Assembly (NCBI GenBank): GCA_951406725.2
Contig: OX597834.1
Coordinates: 22,258,001 to 22,322,000, forward strand
DNA from: Octopus vulgaris
Lineage: Eukaryota
Length of the DNA stretch: 64,000 nt
Direction: 5' to 3'
The notes under the pieces are model-generated. The model saw only the letters and a program-made list of their open reading frames with translations. It was not told where the DNA came from and searched no databases. Below, in pieces: positions 51,360-63,300 of the stretch (positions within the stretch are counted from its first letter, which is position 1; each line of letters begins with the position of its first letter). Made by a program: the position numbers and the translations under genes.

Positions 51360-52372
51360 TGGTTACAAAGGCACCAGGACTAGAAATTAGGTGGAGGGGT
51401 AGAAGGGGGTCGTCAGTGAAATCAACCCCCAATGCATTATTTTTATCAATCTCTGAAGGACGAAAGGCAAAGTTGATTCAGCAGGATATAATCCCAGAAC
51501 TAATAATAATAATAATAATAATAATAACAATGATTTCAAATTTTGCCACAAGGGCATCCCAGTGTACAACTGGTACTTATTTTATCAAACCTGAAAGGAT
51601 GAAAGGCAAATCAACCTCGGTGAAATTTGAACTCAGAAAGTAGCAACAGGCGAAATACTGCTAAGCATTTCGTCCAGCACACTAACAATTCTGCCACCTC
51701 ACCTCTTTAATAATAGTAATAATAATAATAATAATAATCCTCTCTACTATGGGCATAAGGCTTATAGTAGAAAGGAGGAAGAGGGGGAGCTAATCAATTA
51801 CATTGACCTCAGCAGAATTTGAACTCAGAACACGAAGACAGACAAAATACTACTAAGCATTTTGCCTGGCATGCTAACAGTTCTGCCAGCTCACTGCCAT
51901 CTTATAATAATAATAATATATTTCTTTATTGCCCACAAGGGGCTAAACATAGAGGGGACAAACAAGGACAGACAAAGGGATTAAATCAATTACATTGACC
52001 CCAATGCGAAACTGGTACTTTATTTATCGACCCCGAAAGGATGAAAGGCAAAGTCGACCTCAGCGGAATTTGAACTCAGAATGTAATGACAGACGAAATA
52101 CCGCTCAGCATTTCGCCTGGCACGCTAACGTGTCTGCCAGCTCGTAGTAGTAGTAGTAGTAGTAATCCGTTTTACTAAAGGCACAAGGCCTGCAAATTTT
52201 GGGGGAAGGAACCAGTCTATTACATTGACCCCCCCCAGTGTTCAACTGGTGCTTAATTTATCACCCCTGAAAGGACGAAAGGCAAAGTCGACCGACCTCG
52301 GCAGAGTTTGAACTCAGAATGTAAGGACGGACGGACGAAATGCTACAAAACATTCTGCCAGTTCACTGCCTC
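51360..52372 (-). mobile_element. Head-to-tail array of about 5 SINE B copies, one with tail type 2
   Basis: Units separated by (AAT)n/(TAG)n; 51920-52144 ends in the alternative tail (TATTTCTTTATTGCCCACAAGGGGCTAAACATAGAGGGG on the + strand). Confidence 0.85.
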
Positions 52373-52406
<34 letters not shown>

Positions 52407-52629
52407 GCAACAACAACAACTGTTATTATTATTTATAAGTTGAAACGGAGGAGATGGGTGGGTGGGACCGATTTGTAGTTATTCACATTTAAGCAAATAT
52501 TTATTTACAATTCTGCTTAATTTTTGTGAAATGGAATGGTGTGTTGTGGCTGCTACTGTTGAAATAAGAGTCAGCCTTCTTCTACACTTGTACCTGGCGA
52601 GACAGCTGCTAGGAAGATTTATAAGCACT

Positions 52630-52985
52630 ATCTAAACATCATCCACTCCTACCATCTCTTTCTCCCTCACTCTCTCTGTCTGATACTTCTCTCTCTTTCC
52701 TTCCTCTCTCGCCTTCCCTCTGTCTGTCTTATACATCCTTTCTCTCTTTCTCATTTATCATCCCCTTAAGCCCCCTTATCTTCCTCTTTAGCCTGTCTTT
52801 CTCTTTTCCTACCTCTCTGTCTGTGTCTCTCCCTATATCTTCCTCTGTCTTACACTGTAGCCCTTTCTCTTCTCTTTCTCTATAGTCCTTCTGTCTCTTT
52901 TCTCTCTCTCACTCCCTCTCTATTTCCCTCCCTCCCTCCCTCTCTATTTCCCTCCCTCCCTCCCTCCCTCTTTCAATCTCCTCAA
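52630..52985. repeat. Polypyrimidine (CT-rich) low-complexity tract
   Basis: About 350 bp, strongly C/T-biased on the + strand, with (CCCT)n. Confidence 0.85.
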
Positions 52986-53500
52986 GTTTTTCCCCCCACA
53001 CTTTTTACTATAACATATAAAAAAAAAATGGAAAAAAAAAACTTGGTGGAAGTTTGTGTAGGACAAACCAACCAACAGGAATTGCAGACAAGTCAGGGGG
53101 AAGAAAAGTTCTTCTTTAAAACATTTGCTGTGAGACTAAACAAATAGAAAATAGAGAGAAAAAGAGAGTGACAGATATAAATATATACAGGGAAAGAAGA
53201 AGAAGAAGAGGCAGATCAAGTTACTTCCAGAGTGACAGTGGCAAAGCACTGGCATTATTATTGGCAGCATTGAGAAACATGGAACCAAATACTTGAAAAG
53301 AGAGTCCCTTTCACACTTCGACTGGCATTTGGAACCAATGTTTTCCTTTTATTAGAAGAAATTCTTGGGGGGTTTTTTCGGTCTTTTTTTTTGTCTAAGT
53401 TACCTTTAGAGAGGATTTTTTTTTTCTTTAGTTTGTTTGTTATTTTGGTAACTGTTAAAGAACTGCTTTGCTTCTCTCTATTAGTGAGTAGTAGTCAACA

Positions 53501-53543
53501 ATGGATATAGTTGTGACTATTCCTTGGATATATACACAACAAG
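53501..53543 (+). CDS. Candidate short first coding exon (MDIVVTIPWIYTQQ, phase 1), unverified
   Basis: CAACA-ATG-G Kozak-like start and AAG|GTAAAT donor-like site, after about 500 bp of TE-free sequence and a CT-rich tract. No homology recognised. Confidence 0.25.
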
Positions 53544-53629
53544 GTAAATAAGAATTTGAAACAACCTGCATATCTTAACTATAATATTTTATTCATATAT
53601 ATATATATCTATATTCTGAATAATTTCAT

Positions 53630-53689
53630 CTATCCGTCTTTTTATCTGTCCATCTATCGATTTATCTATCTATCTATCTGTCTGTCTAC

Positions 53690-53757
<68 letters not shown>

Positions 53758-53798
53758 TTATCTATCTATCAGTCTGTCTGTCTATCTACATATATGTG

Positions 53799-53832
<34 letters not shown>

Positions 53833-53860
53833 TCTATCTGTCTATATATCCATCCATCTA
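53630..53860. repeat. (TCTA)n tetranucleotide repeat
   Basis: Visible directly in the sequence. Confidence 0.95.
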
Positions 53861-54008
53861 TATGTGTATGTGTATCTATGTATGCATATCTCTGTATATG
53901 TGTGCCCATGTCTGTTTGTCTGTCTATGTATGTATATATATATGTGTATATATTGTTTGTAAAAAGCATAAATCTGAAAGAAGAAGCCCTCTTTAGAGCA
54001 GTATATAT

Positions 54009-54191
54009 TGAAAATGGGGAAGGCTGGTGTATGGGATTACCTTAATTTACCCGTCTATAAAGGGTTTAGCTTTATGGCATATCAGATCCCAAAACCCTGT
54101 TGGCCCATGACAGGTTTTTGGGATCTGATGTTACGCGTTGATGGATGGGAAACCTAAGGTAATCCCTTAAACCGGCCTTCCCCATTTTTCA
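54009..54191. mobile_element. Long foldback (hairpin) element, MITE-like
   Basis: Outer arms TGAAAATGGGGAAGGCTGGT..GGGATTACCTTA / TAAGGTAATCCC..ACCGGCCTTCCCCATTTTTCA; inner arms ATCAGATCCCAAAACCCTGT / ACAGGTTTTTGGGATCTGAT. Confidence 0.8.
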
Positions 54192-54344
54192 TATGTGTGT
54201 GTGTGTGTGTACTTTTAACGTGTGTGCATATGTATATATAATACGTTTTATTGTTTTTTGATGTAATATCTGGGGGTCGTGGTGTTATCATTGATTCTCT
54301 TTTAGCCCCTTTTCTTAAGTAATAATAGCAATAATAAATCGTTT

Positions 54345-54515
54345 CTATTAAAGGCACAAGGCCTGAAATTTGGTGGGAGGGGTACTTAATTTATCGACCC
54401 TGAAAGGATGAAAGACAAAGTCGACCTCAATGGAATTTGAACTTAGAATGTAGTGATGGGCAAAAGACCTCGAAGCATTTCATCCAGCATGCTAATGATT
54501 CTGCCAGCTTACCAC
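54345..54515 (-). mobile_element. SINE B
   Basis: Reverse B motifs. Confidence 0.8.
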
Positions 54516-54516
54516 G

Positions 54517-54723
54517 TTGACCCTTTTGATACCAACCCCACTGAAACTGCTTTGTTTTCAAAAGTTCTGAATTAAAATCTTCTGCCAAACCTTAGTCACA
54601 ATTTATGTCCCTAACACTAGCTTAATGATAACAAAGTTACTTTACTAAATTCTTTGTTATATTTAAAATTAATTAAAAGAAACACAGAGTATCTCAACAA
54701 GAATATGGTAACAAAAGGGTTAA
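54517..54723. mobile_element. piggyBac-type MITE, family D2
   Basis: TTGA-CCCTTTTGATACCA ... TGGTAACAAAAGGG-TTAA; close to 57619-57848. Confidence 0.8.
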
Positions 54724-54949
54724 TATTGATAATAATAATAATAATGATAATTAAAGAACCAAACTGTTATGTTAGTAAACCAAACCATAACAAATAGTTG
54801 TACACAGATATTTGTTTAGTTTATAATCATCCCCATTTAAATGTTGATGTTCTGTTAGAACAAACTATACTGTGCTAGATACCACGGGGGAAGGTCTTGT
54901 ATTGGCTTTTGGTGCAAAATGTACTTTTGTTTATATTGTTGATTAGAAA

Positions 54950-55880
54950 TTGGCAAAACGGTATTGGAAGATATACTTTGCTACACTCATTCCAGTTCTT
55001 TATGTTTCGAGTTCAAATAGTTTTCAGGTTGTTGACTTTGTTTTTTATTCTTCTGAGGGTTGAATAAATAAAGTAGCAGTCAAGTTCTGGGGCCAACAGT
55101 GTTGGCCACCTCCTGTTGCTCCCCCAAATTTCAGTCTTTATTGTTGTTGTTATTATCATCATCATCATCATCATTATTATTAAAGGTGTGTTTTCTAAGG
55201 GCTCCCAGCTGTAAAAATAAACCAAAACAGAAATGAAGCCTGGTTCATCTCTCCAGCCTTGCCAACTCCTGTCAGACCGTCCAACCCATGCCAGCATGGA
55301 AAACGGACATCGAAATGATGACAATGTTAATGAGGATGGTGATAATGATGATGATGCAGTGAGCTGGTAGAATAGTTAGCACACCAGTAAAAATGCTTAG
55401 CAGCATTTCAACCATCTCTACATTCTGAGTTCAAATTCCACTGAGGTTGGCTTTGGCTTTCATCCTTTCACTGTCCACGAATTAAGTACTAGTCATGTAC
55501 TTGGGGTCGATGTAATCAACTAGCATTATTTCTGACTCCTTTCCTATTTCTTTATTACTCACAAGGGGCTGAACATAGAGGGGACAAACATGGACAGACA
55601 TAGGTATTAAGTCGATTATATCGACCCCAGTGCTTAACTGGTACTTAATTTATCGACCCCGAAAGGATGAAAGGCAAAGTCGACCTCGGCGGAATTTGAA
55701 CTCACAACGTAACGGCAGACGAAATACCGCTAAGCATTTCGCCCGACGTGCTAATGATTCTTCCATGTTCAAATACAGCTGAGGTCAGCTTTACTTTCCG
55801 GCGGGGTCAGTAAAATAAAATAGTAGTCAAGGACTGGAGTCAATGTAGTCAACTTGCCCTTCCCCTCAAATTACTGATCT
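54950..55880. mobile_element. Cluster: SINE B (+), family C tail (+), SINE B (+), SINE B tail type 2 (-), SINE B (+)
   Basis: A young minus-strand copy at 55541-55762 sits between plus-strand copies at 55356-55522 and 55765-55880. Confidence 0.8.
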
Positions 55881-56269
55881 TGTGCAAAAATTAGAAAGAA
55901 TTCTTATTTTGTGTTTTACATTTATATTTTATAATTGTTTCTTTAATTTATTCTGTGTTAAATCATATTTCACTTTGTGTGATGATGTTTTGGAATTTTC
56001 TTTATTAAATATATTGTGAATTTCTATACTTAGAAATCGACATTTGTGTGTATGCATGTATATATGTATATTTGTGTATGTGTATATTACCGTCATCATC
56101 ATCATTTAACATCTGTTTTCCATGCTGGCAAAGGTTGATGGGTTCAAATGAATCCAAAAACCCAGGGGACAGTTGGAGTTCAGTGTGTATAAGTAATAGT
56201 ATATGCATGTGCACACACATATATATGTATGTATATGTGTATAATTACATACACAAATGCACACAAACT

Positions 56270-56498
56270 ACTTTAATGTCTTCTTTTCCATGTTTGCATG
56301 GATCAAACAAGATTCATTGAGACAGAATTTTTCTCTGTTGGTTGGATGCTCTTCCTGTCACAAACCCTCACCTGTATCCAAACAACATATTTTCCCCTTC
56401 TCTGGACGTATTTTCACAGAGTACTACAAACAAGAGTCATCATGTCACTGGTGAAGTTTGTTTACAATTAGTGCAAGGAAACATACACAAAAAACCCA

Positions 56499-56548
<50 letters not shown>

Positions 56549-56549
56549 T

Positions 56550-56598
<49 letters not shown>

Positions 56599-56815
56599 GT
56601 GATCAGTGTTTTTTCGAAAACCGAAAGAAGCCCATTGTGTGTATGTTTGTATTTGTCCCACACACCATCACTTGACAACCGATGTTGGTGTGTTTACGTC
56701 CCCGTAATCTAGCGGTTCGGCAAAAGAGACCAATACAATAATTTCTAGGGCTTGATTTCTTCGACTAAAGGGGGTGCTCCAGCATGGCCACAGTCAAATG
56801 ACTGAAACAAATAAA

Positions 56816-56818
<3 letters not shown>
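56270..56818. mobile_element. SINE A tail type 2 (-), (TA)n, then 5'-truncated SINE A tail type 1 (+)
   Basis: 56270-56490 and 56600-56818. Confidence 0.75.
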
Positions 56819-56858
<40 letters not shown>

Positions 56859-57555
56859 TACACACACACAAGTAAAAAAAAACAGAAAACAAGCATAACA
56901 TCTGAAAAAGTAATTTGAAATATTTTTTAAATGTTTAAATAAAATTTATTATTTTTATTATTTTTAAATGAAAAATGAAAGCAAAATTAATCTCAAGGGG
57001 TGGAGCAGCTTGGAGGAGGGTGATTTACCACGCGCCTGACACCTAAGACCATAAACATATCGATTGCCTCTTATCTTCTTCTTGTTGTTGTTGTGGTGTA
57101 GTTCCTACCATCTCCACCACCTCCGGGGTCAGTTCTGATGGAGCTGAACTATAGCGAACACTGTTAGGTCTGTAGGTAGACATATATGTTGGTTGGTAAA
57201 GTAGGTAGGCAGGTAGAAAGGTAGTGAGGTCACTGACAGCCAAATGGCTTGATGCAAATATCTTATCTTGTTGAGTTTCCGCAAACATAAAAAAATACAA
57301 AACGATGGAATAAAGTAATACATTAAAAAAAAAAAAACTCTAAAAACAGAAATAAAATAAAAATAGAGGTGTTGGAGACTGACTAACTGATAAATCTCGA
57401 ATTTGCATTCACTGAAGGCATTTTTTTTTTTATGTAATATTTTTTGTAATATTCATTTATTTATTTTGATGTCTGTGAGAAGAGAAGGCAATTATGCTAA
57501 CATAGAGACAAACAGAGATAGACAAAAAGTCTGTTGCTCCCACAAGCATTAAATG

Positions 57556-58514
57556 TTAACCCTTTTGATATTAACCAACCTGAGATTGCCCCTAGTTCTA
57601 GGAGACAAATTCGCTGTCTTAACCCTTTTGATACCAACCCGGCCAAAACCGCCTCTGGCTCTATAGTACAAATGTCTTGCTTTCATTAGTATTGAATTAA
57701 AATCTTCCACCAATCCTTAGTCACAATTTATGTTCTCAACACTAACTTAATAATAACTAAGTTCTTTTACTAAATTCTTTGTTATATTTAAAATTAATTG
57801 AATGAAACACAGAGCATCTCAAAATAAATATGGTAACGAAAGGGTTAAAGTGATCAAAATTAAAACCTTTTCCATGAACATTCCATGGTATGTTCCAAAC
57901 ATCAGATTAAATTATGAGTTATTTGACTAAATTCTTCATTATTATTTTCAAAATTAATTAAAAGAAAGGCTGTATATTTCAACTGAAATATGGCAATGAA
58001 ACAGTTAAGTAGATCCTTTTCTGCTTTGTACAGAATGGCAAACATTTGAACCAGAACCTCTAGTTCCCTGCCTTTCTAGTTCCCTTCTAGCCCACCTGAA
58101 ATCGCTCCTTGGTTCTATGACACAAACTACCTGTTTTGAAGTGATCTTAATTAGAATCTACCATCAAAAATTTCATGTTAATTTATTTCCCAAACAGCTG
58201 AACCGTTTAGCATTCCAATTACTCTGTCGAATGTAATGCTTATTTATTCACCTTTGGTTTGAATTAGCCATGCACTATCTTATAGCTTTGAGATTTCAGT
58301 GATGTAAGGGTTTAGTTTTAGAAGGACATTGTAGGGTAGGTGTGATGGGTTAGATCTGGCTGGTTTGAACATAGAGAAGTAAAGTATTTGGGTCGGATAT
58401 GGCCAGTTTAAATGCTAAAGTGATAAAGCTGTTTTACTAGATTCTTTGTTACTTTCAAAATTAATTGAAACAGAGCTTGCATATTTCAACAGAAATATGG
58501 TAACAAATGGTTAA
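57556..58514. mobile_element. D1 MITE (split by D2), spacer, D1 MITE (split by E)
   Basis: Outer D1 at 57556-58008 and about 58078-58514; nested D2 at 57619-57848 and nested E at 58199-58426. Confidence 0.75.
57619..57848. mobile_element. piggyBac-type MITE family D2, nested, young
   Basis: TTAA-CCCTTTTGATACCA ... TGGTAACGAAAGGG-TTAA. Confidence 0.85.
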
Positions 58515-59047
58515 AGATGAGCTGGGATAAAGAATACATCAATGCTGAACTCTTGCAAAATCTTCAATTAACTTTACTAGTATCATAGATTTGGATTTGT
58601 ACCAGTAATTACTGGAGTATTTGACTGTAATTAACTGTCTCAGCAGCATTCTTAAAATGCTGTTTTACAAAACTAGAAAAAGCACCGTTAATTGAGAAAT
58701 TACGATTACCATCCATTTATGGAACTGTAGGGATGTGCGAGACACTCTTCAAGTTTAGCATGTGATAAGTGTGCGCAGATGCATACACGCACTTATGTAT
58801 ATCATATATGCATACATATATAGACACATGTACAGAGGTATGCCTAAAATATGACTAGTCGATGTTATCTAAATTCCAATGAAAGAGGCTTGTTTCTGGG
58901 TTAGAATCCACTTCGTTCTCCATTGGAGAGAAATTTGTAAATCAAAACCAGAACATACAGACACACACACACACACACGCCTCAGTTCACTTCAAGGAGT
59001 GGCAAAGTATATACACACACCATGCTCTTCATAACTTACCAGTAACA

Positions 59048-59087
<40 letters not shown>

Positions 59088-59509
59088 ATCAATCTATTTG
59101 TCTCCCCCCCTCCCTGCACATCTACACCCTGTGCTTTCAGTACCCAAAGTTGGATAACCAGCCCCTTATGTTCCTTTAAAGTCCTCCAAAGGATTTCACT
59201 AATTCAAGTTGACTTCAGCTTCACTGAGCTCATCACGATTCAGCTGACACAAAAGATTCATGCGTAAAGTTTCCTGAAAAAAATTTTAAAAGACGAGACT
59301 TCTTCTTACACATCAACATAATGGTGGTACTGGCAATTGTAGTAGTGGTGGCAGCGGCAGTGGTTGTTGGTGTTGTTGTTCTTATTGACTAACCTCAGTT
59401 CGGTCCTGATCAAAGCAGTCCTATGATTAACAGCATTTGAACCAGACCATCCTTTTTCGCTTTTTGTACAAGTGTATCTAAGCTTACAGTGCCCATTGTC
59501 TCACCCCTG

Positions 59510-60126
59510 TTAATCCTTTTGTATTTTATGTTCAAACTGGCCAGGTCTGGTCTCTCACACCCACCCTACAATATCATTCTAAAATTAAGCAATAATGTCA
59601 TCAAAATCTCAAAGCTACAAGATAATGCATGATTAATGCAAAACAATGGGAATAAACAAATGTTACATTTGATAGAGTCATCTGAATTCTAAAGGGTTAG
59701 CCATTCCTTTTTGATGCCAATCTGTCTGACACTGCTCCTGGTTCCTTGATGCAAATTTCCTGTTTTCAGGTGATCTAAATTAAAACCTGTCAAAATTTCA
59801 TGTTAATTTTACTAAATTCTTGATTTAGTAAAATCCAGATTAATAATCTTTTCTATTCTACGCACAAGGCCTGAAATTTTTTTTGGTGGTGGGGTGGGGG
59901 GCAGTTGATTAGATCAATCCCCAGTACACAACTGGTACTTAAAGGCAAGTCAACCTTGTTGGAATTTGAACTCAGAACGCAGTGGCAGACGAAATGCCGC
60001 TAAGCATTTCACCCGACGTGCTAACGTTTCTGCCAGCTCACCATCTTGATCCTGATTAATAACGACAAAGTTAGTTTACTAGATTCTTCAGTGTATTTCA
60101 ACCGAAATATGGTAACGAATGAGTTA
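59510..60126. mobile_element. MITE E (59510-59700) adjacent to a D1 MITE (59703-60126) split by SINE B
   Basis: E ends TCTAAAGGGTTAG; D1 ends ATATGGTAACGAATGAGTTA. Confidence 0.7.
59847..60048 (-). mobile_element. SINE B with 14-bp target-site duplication
   Basis: Flanks ATCCAGATTAATAA (59833-59846) and ATCCTGATTAATAA (60049-60062). Confidence 0.85.
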
Positions 60127-60974
60127 GGCCTGGCCTGTGGATAAACAGCAACAATAATTTCCAATTTACATTTATGTTTTAATTTTAATGAACCTGGCAG
60201 TTTGTCTGCCTCAACAGTTGGGAAGGCAGCTGACCCACCACACTGGTTTAGTGTAACAGGGGGTGGGTGGTAGGGGTTTTACTACAGCCAGTGGGAGTAG
60301 GGGAGAGAAAAAAGGCAGGATGGTCATAGCCTGGATTCATTTGATTGCATGTCTGTTCTGTCAAGGTTTACCAAACTCTCAGGGCTAAATAAGAAACAGT
60401 GTGAAAGAAAAAGCAATATATTTATTGTTTTTGTCCCCTCCCCCTGTTTGTCTCTCTTTCTCTCTTCCCCCCCCCCAACATGTTGCTGACATTTCACACA
60501 CACACACACCTCATTCTCTCCTCCTCCTCCTTTCTTGAAGAAATCTGTGATAATGGGACGGGGATGTGTGCATGGCAGTATGTGTGATGAGCAAAGTGCC
60601 CAAGACTAGGAAATTAGTTTCCTGACACAATCTTAGTTCATGACCCCTACTTTTCATCACAACACATCCCCCCCGCCACCCTACCCTCCACCTATTCACA
60701 AACCCCCTCCTTAACCTCTGCACTCAACCTCACCCCTCTACACCTAACCTTCCTTCCACTCCCACCCTTCCTACCCCGAGCCCTTAAACATATTTTCTCT
60801 TCTTTTGCTTTTAAATGCCATTGGTGAAAGCTACCATGAGCATCCATCATAAAATGATGTGTTCATGACCACAAGGTCCTGGTTTCAATCCCACTGCAAG
60901 GCACCTAGGATATATAATTGTATACTTACTATAGCTTCAGGTCAATCGACACCTGCGTGCAAGTACAAGTACAA

Positions 60975-61049
<75 letters not shown>

Positions 61050-61215
61050 TAAAGTTAATCCAAACAAGAAAGCACAAAAAAACACAACAACGCAAGGACG
61101 TGGAACAAATATAGTATTATTGGGCACTAAGGAAAGAAGGAGGGTTTAACGTTTCGAGCGGAGCTCTTCGTCGGAAAAAAATCGCCAACGGTACACACGC
61201 TGTCACATTTTGAAT
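61050..61215 (-). mobile_element. Probable Penelope-like element terminal-repeat fragment
   Basis: Abuts (TA)n(GA)n and carries a minimal hammerhead-like motif; Penelope-like element pseudo-LTRs are known to encode minimal hammerheads. Confidence 0.5.
61145..61181 (-). ncRNA. Minimal hammerhead ribozyme-like motif (variant core)
   Basis: Minus strand reads TTT-CCGACGA-A-GAGC-TCC-GCTC-GAAA-CGTTA-AA: CYGANGA core, stem II, GAAA, palindromic AACGTT stem III. Confidence 0.55.
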
Positions 61216-61339
61216 GGATAGATAGATCTTTTATTTCTTTGTGAAAAAGTCTAATTGATCCAAAAATCTTGTGGTTGCAATTGATAATTAACTCACTTCG
61301 TTTAGAAACTATCTATCAGACAATAAAATTTGAATTCCT

Positions 61340-61475
<136 letters not shown>

Positions 61476-62472
61476 AGATATATATATATATTTGCATGTG
61501 TTTGTTTCTGTGTTTCTGCTATCTCTGGGCATGTCATAAGTTATTGGTTTAACAAATATAAACTGAAACTACAGCCCCAGCATGGGCTTAGGCAAATGAA
61601 TGAAATAATCAGAAATATATCAGTAGCTTTGTTTGATTTGTCTTCTCTCCCTACCCCCCCCCTCTCTCCCTATCTCAATCCCTTACCCCTCTGTCGCCAC
61701 CACCTTTCTTCCCATATGTATTTGGTTCCTAAGATCCTTTGGAATCAAATTATGGAGATTTTTTAGCTGGCATTTTTTGTTTATTTATATATCCCCCTTT
61801 CATCATAATCATCATCATCATCATTATTATTATTCACAACTTGGATCAGCTGTAGAGATTCACCCCTTATTCTAAATTTATCTCCTTCTGTGACATTCCC
61901 CCTTGAAGCTGTGAGTTTATGTTATTTTGGGGTTTCTGGCGTGTGTTTGTGTGTGTGTGTCTACTCATATGTGTGGGTACGTAATTGAATGTGTATTTGT
62001 GTAGCTACATGTGTGTGTGCGTATAAATATATATATATGTTTATGTGTGTGTGTCTGTGTGTGTATATGTACATTTGTGTATATACACACGTACATACAT
62101 ACACACATGCATGCACATACACACACATGCACACACACATTTTGGAAATAGATGCTTCCAGATTTAGCAAAGTCTGGCTTTCGGGCTTTTTCTGTCTGGA
62201 AGCTTCATTTCAGAAATTACGTTTAGTGGAGTGAAGAATTAGTTATCACATTATCAAATTTTTTATCTGGATTTTCGTATTGGTGCTTTCATCGCTCGAG
62301 GCAACGCTGGATGGTTAGAATCATCCGTCAGTGGAATTTAAACTTAGAATCGGCAAGGTAGAGCAGGGTTGAGGATAGATGTAGGGTAACATAATGGAAC
62401 CATCCTAATGCTCTTGCAGCTTTCTCGCAGAATGATGACAAGGAAGATAAGGTTGTTGTTGTTGTTATTACC

Positions 62473-62590
62473 GCTGCGGCGAGCTGGTAGAAACGTTAGC
62501 ACGCCGGGCGAAATGTGTAACCGTATTTCGTCTGCCGTTACGTTCTGAGTTCAAATTCCGCCAAGATCGACTTTGCCTTTCATCCTTTCA
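62473..62590 (+). mobile_element. SINE B 5' half, young
   Basis: GCGGCGAGCTGGTAGAAACGTTAGCACGCCGGGCGAAATG...GAGTTCAAATTCCGCC...GCCTTTCATCCTTTC, then truncated. Confidence 0.85.
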
Positions 62591-62663
62591 TCAAATTTTT
62601 ATTTGCTTTCTTTACAATCCTTAATATCAAACAGACATGATGGATCGATTAGTTTACAATTAC

Positions 62664-62861
62664 ATCATGCTCAGAATGGTCAGTGGCAAGAGAGGAAGAG
62701 GCCGACCAAGAATCCGCTGGCTTGACACCATCAAGAGTGATACCGGAATGGACATAGCCAATCTGAAAGAAGCGGCCTGGGATAGAACTGACTGGAGGAC
62801 ACTGATCCAATGATTGACCGAGAGTCGACTTCGACTGAGCAGATAGAGAGAGAGAGAGAGA
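62664..62861 (+). mobile_element. 5'-truncated RTE-clade (BovB-like) LINE 3' end, pseudogenised
   Basis: Translates IMLRMVSGKRGRGRPRIRWLDTIKSDTGMDIANLKEAAWDRTDWRTLIQ*LTESRLRLSR*, matching the RTE/BovB ORF C-terminal pattern GKRxRGRxRxRWLD...DRxxWR...SRxRL; (GA)n tail; one in-frame stop. Confidence 0.88.
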
Positions 62862-62878
62862 TTGCTGTGTTGTCTGGA

Positions 62879-63300
62879 TCATCATCATCATTGCTCTAAT
62901 GTCCACTTTTCCATGCTTGCATGGATCGGACAGAGTTTATTGGCAAATTTTCTACAGCCAATTGCCCTTCCTGTTGCCAACATTCACAGGTTTCCAAGGA
63001 AGGTAACATTTCCGTATGGTCAGACATGTTCTCACAGAATACTCGACATGAATAACACCGCTTGTGTGACAGTGACACTCATTTACAACCATCGTACAAT
63101 ATCTAGACAAGGTACCACAAACAACCTCTCCACACACACACACACATATATGATGGGCTTCTTTCAGTTTCCATCTACCAAATCCACTCACATGGATTTG
63201 ATTGGCCTGGAGCTGCCCAAGGTTCCACATTGTGGAACTGAATCCAAATTCCTTGCGGTGAGGAAGCAAACTTCTCAACCACACAGCCATGCCTGCACCT
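62879..63300 (-). mobile_element. SINE A, full length, tail type 2
   Basis: A head/body (63150-63300) joined through (CA)n to the (GAT)n-ended tail. Confidence 0.8.

Noticed and set aside
62473-62570. tRNA-like sequence with box A/B (also SINE A heads)
   Set aside because: It continues directly into a SINE body and lacks a canonical cloverleaf, so it is a SINE head rather than a tRNA gene.
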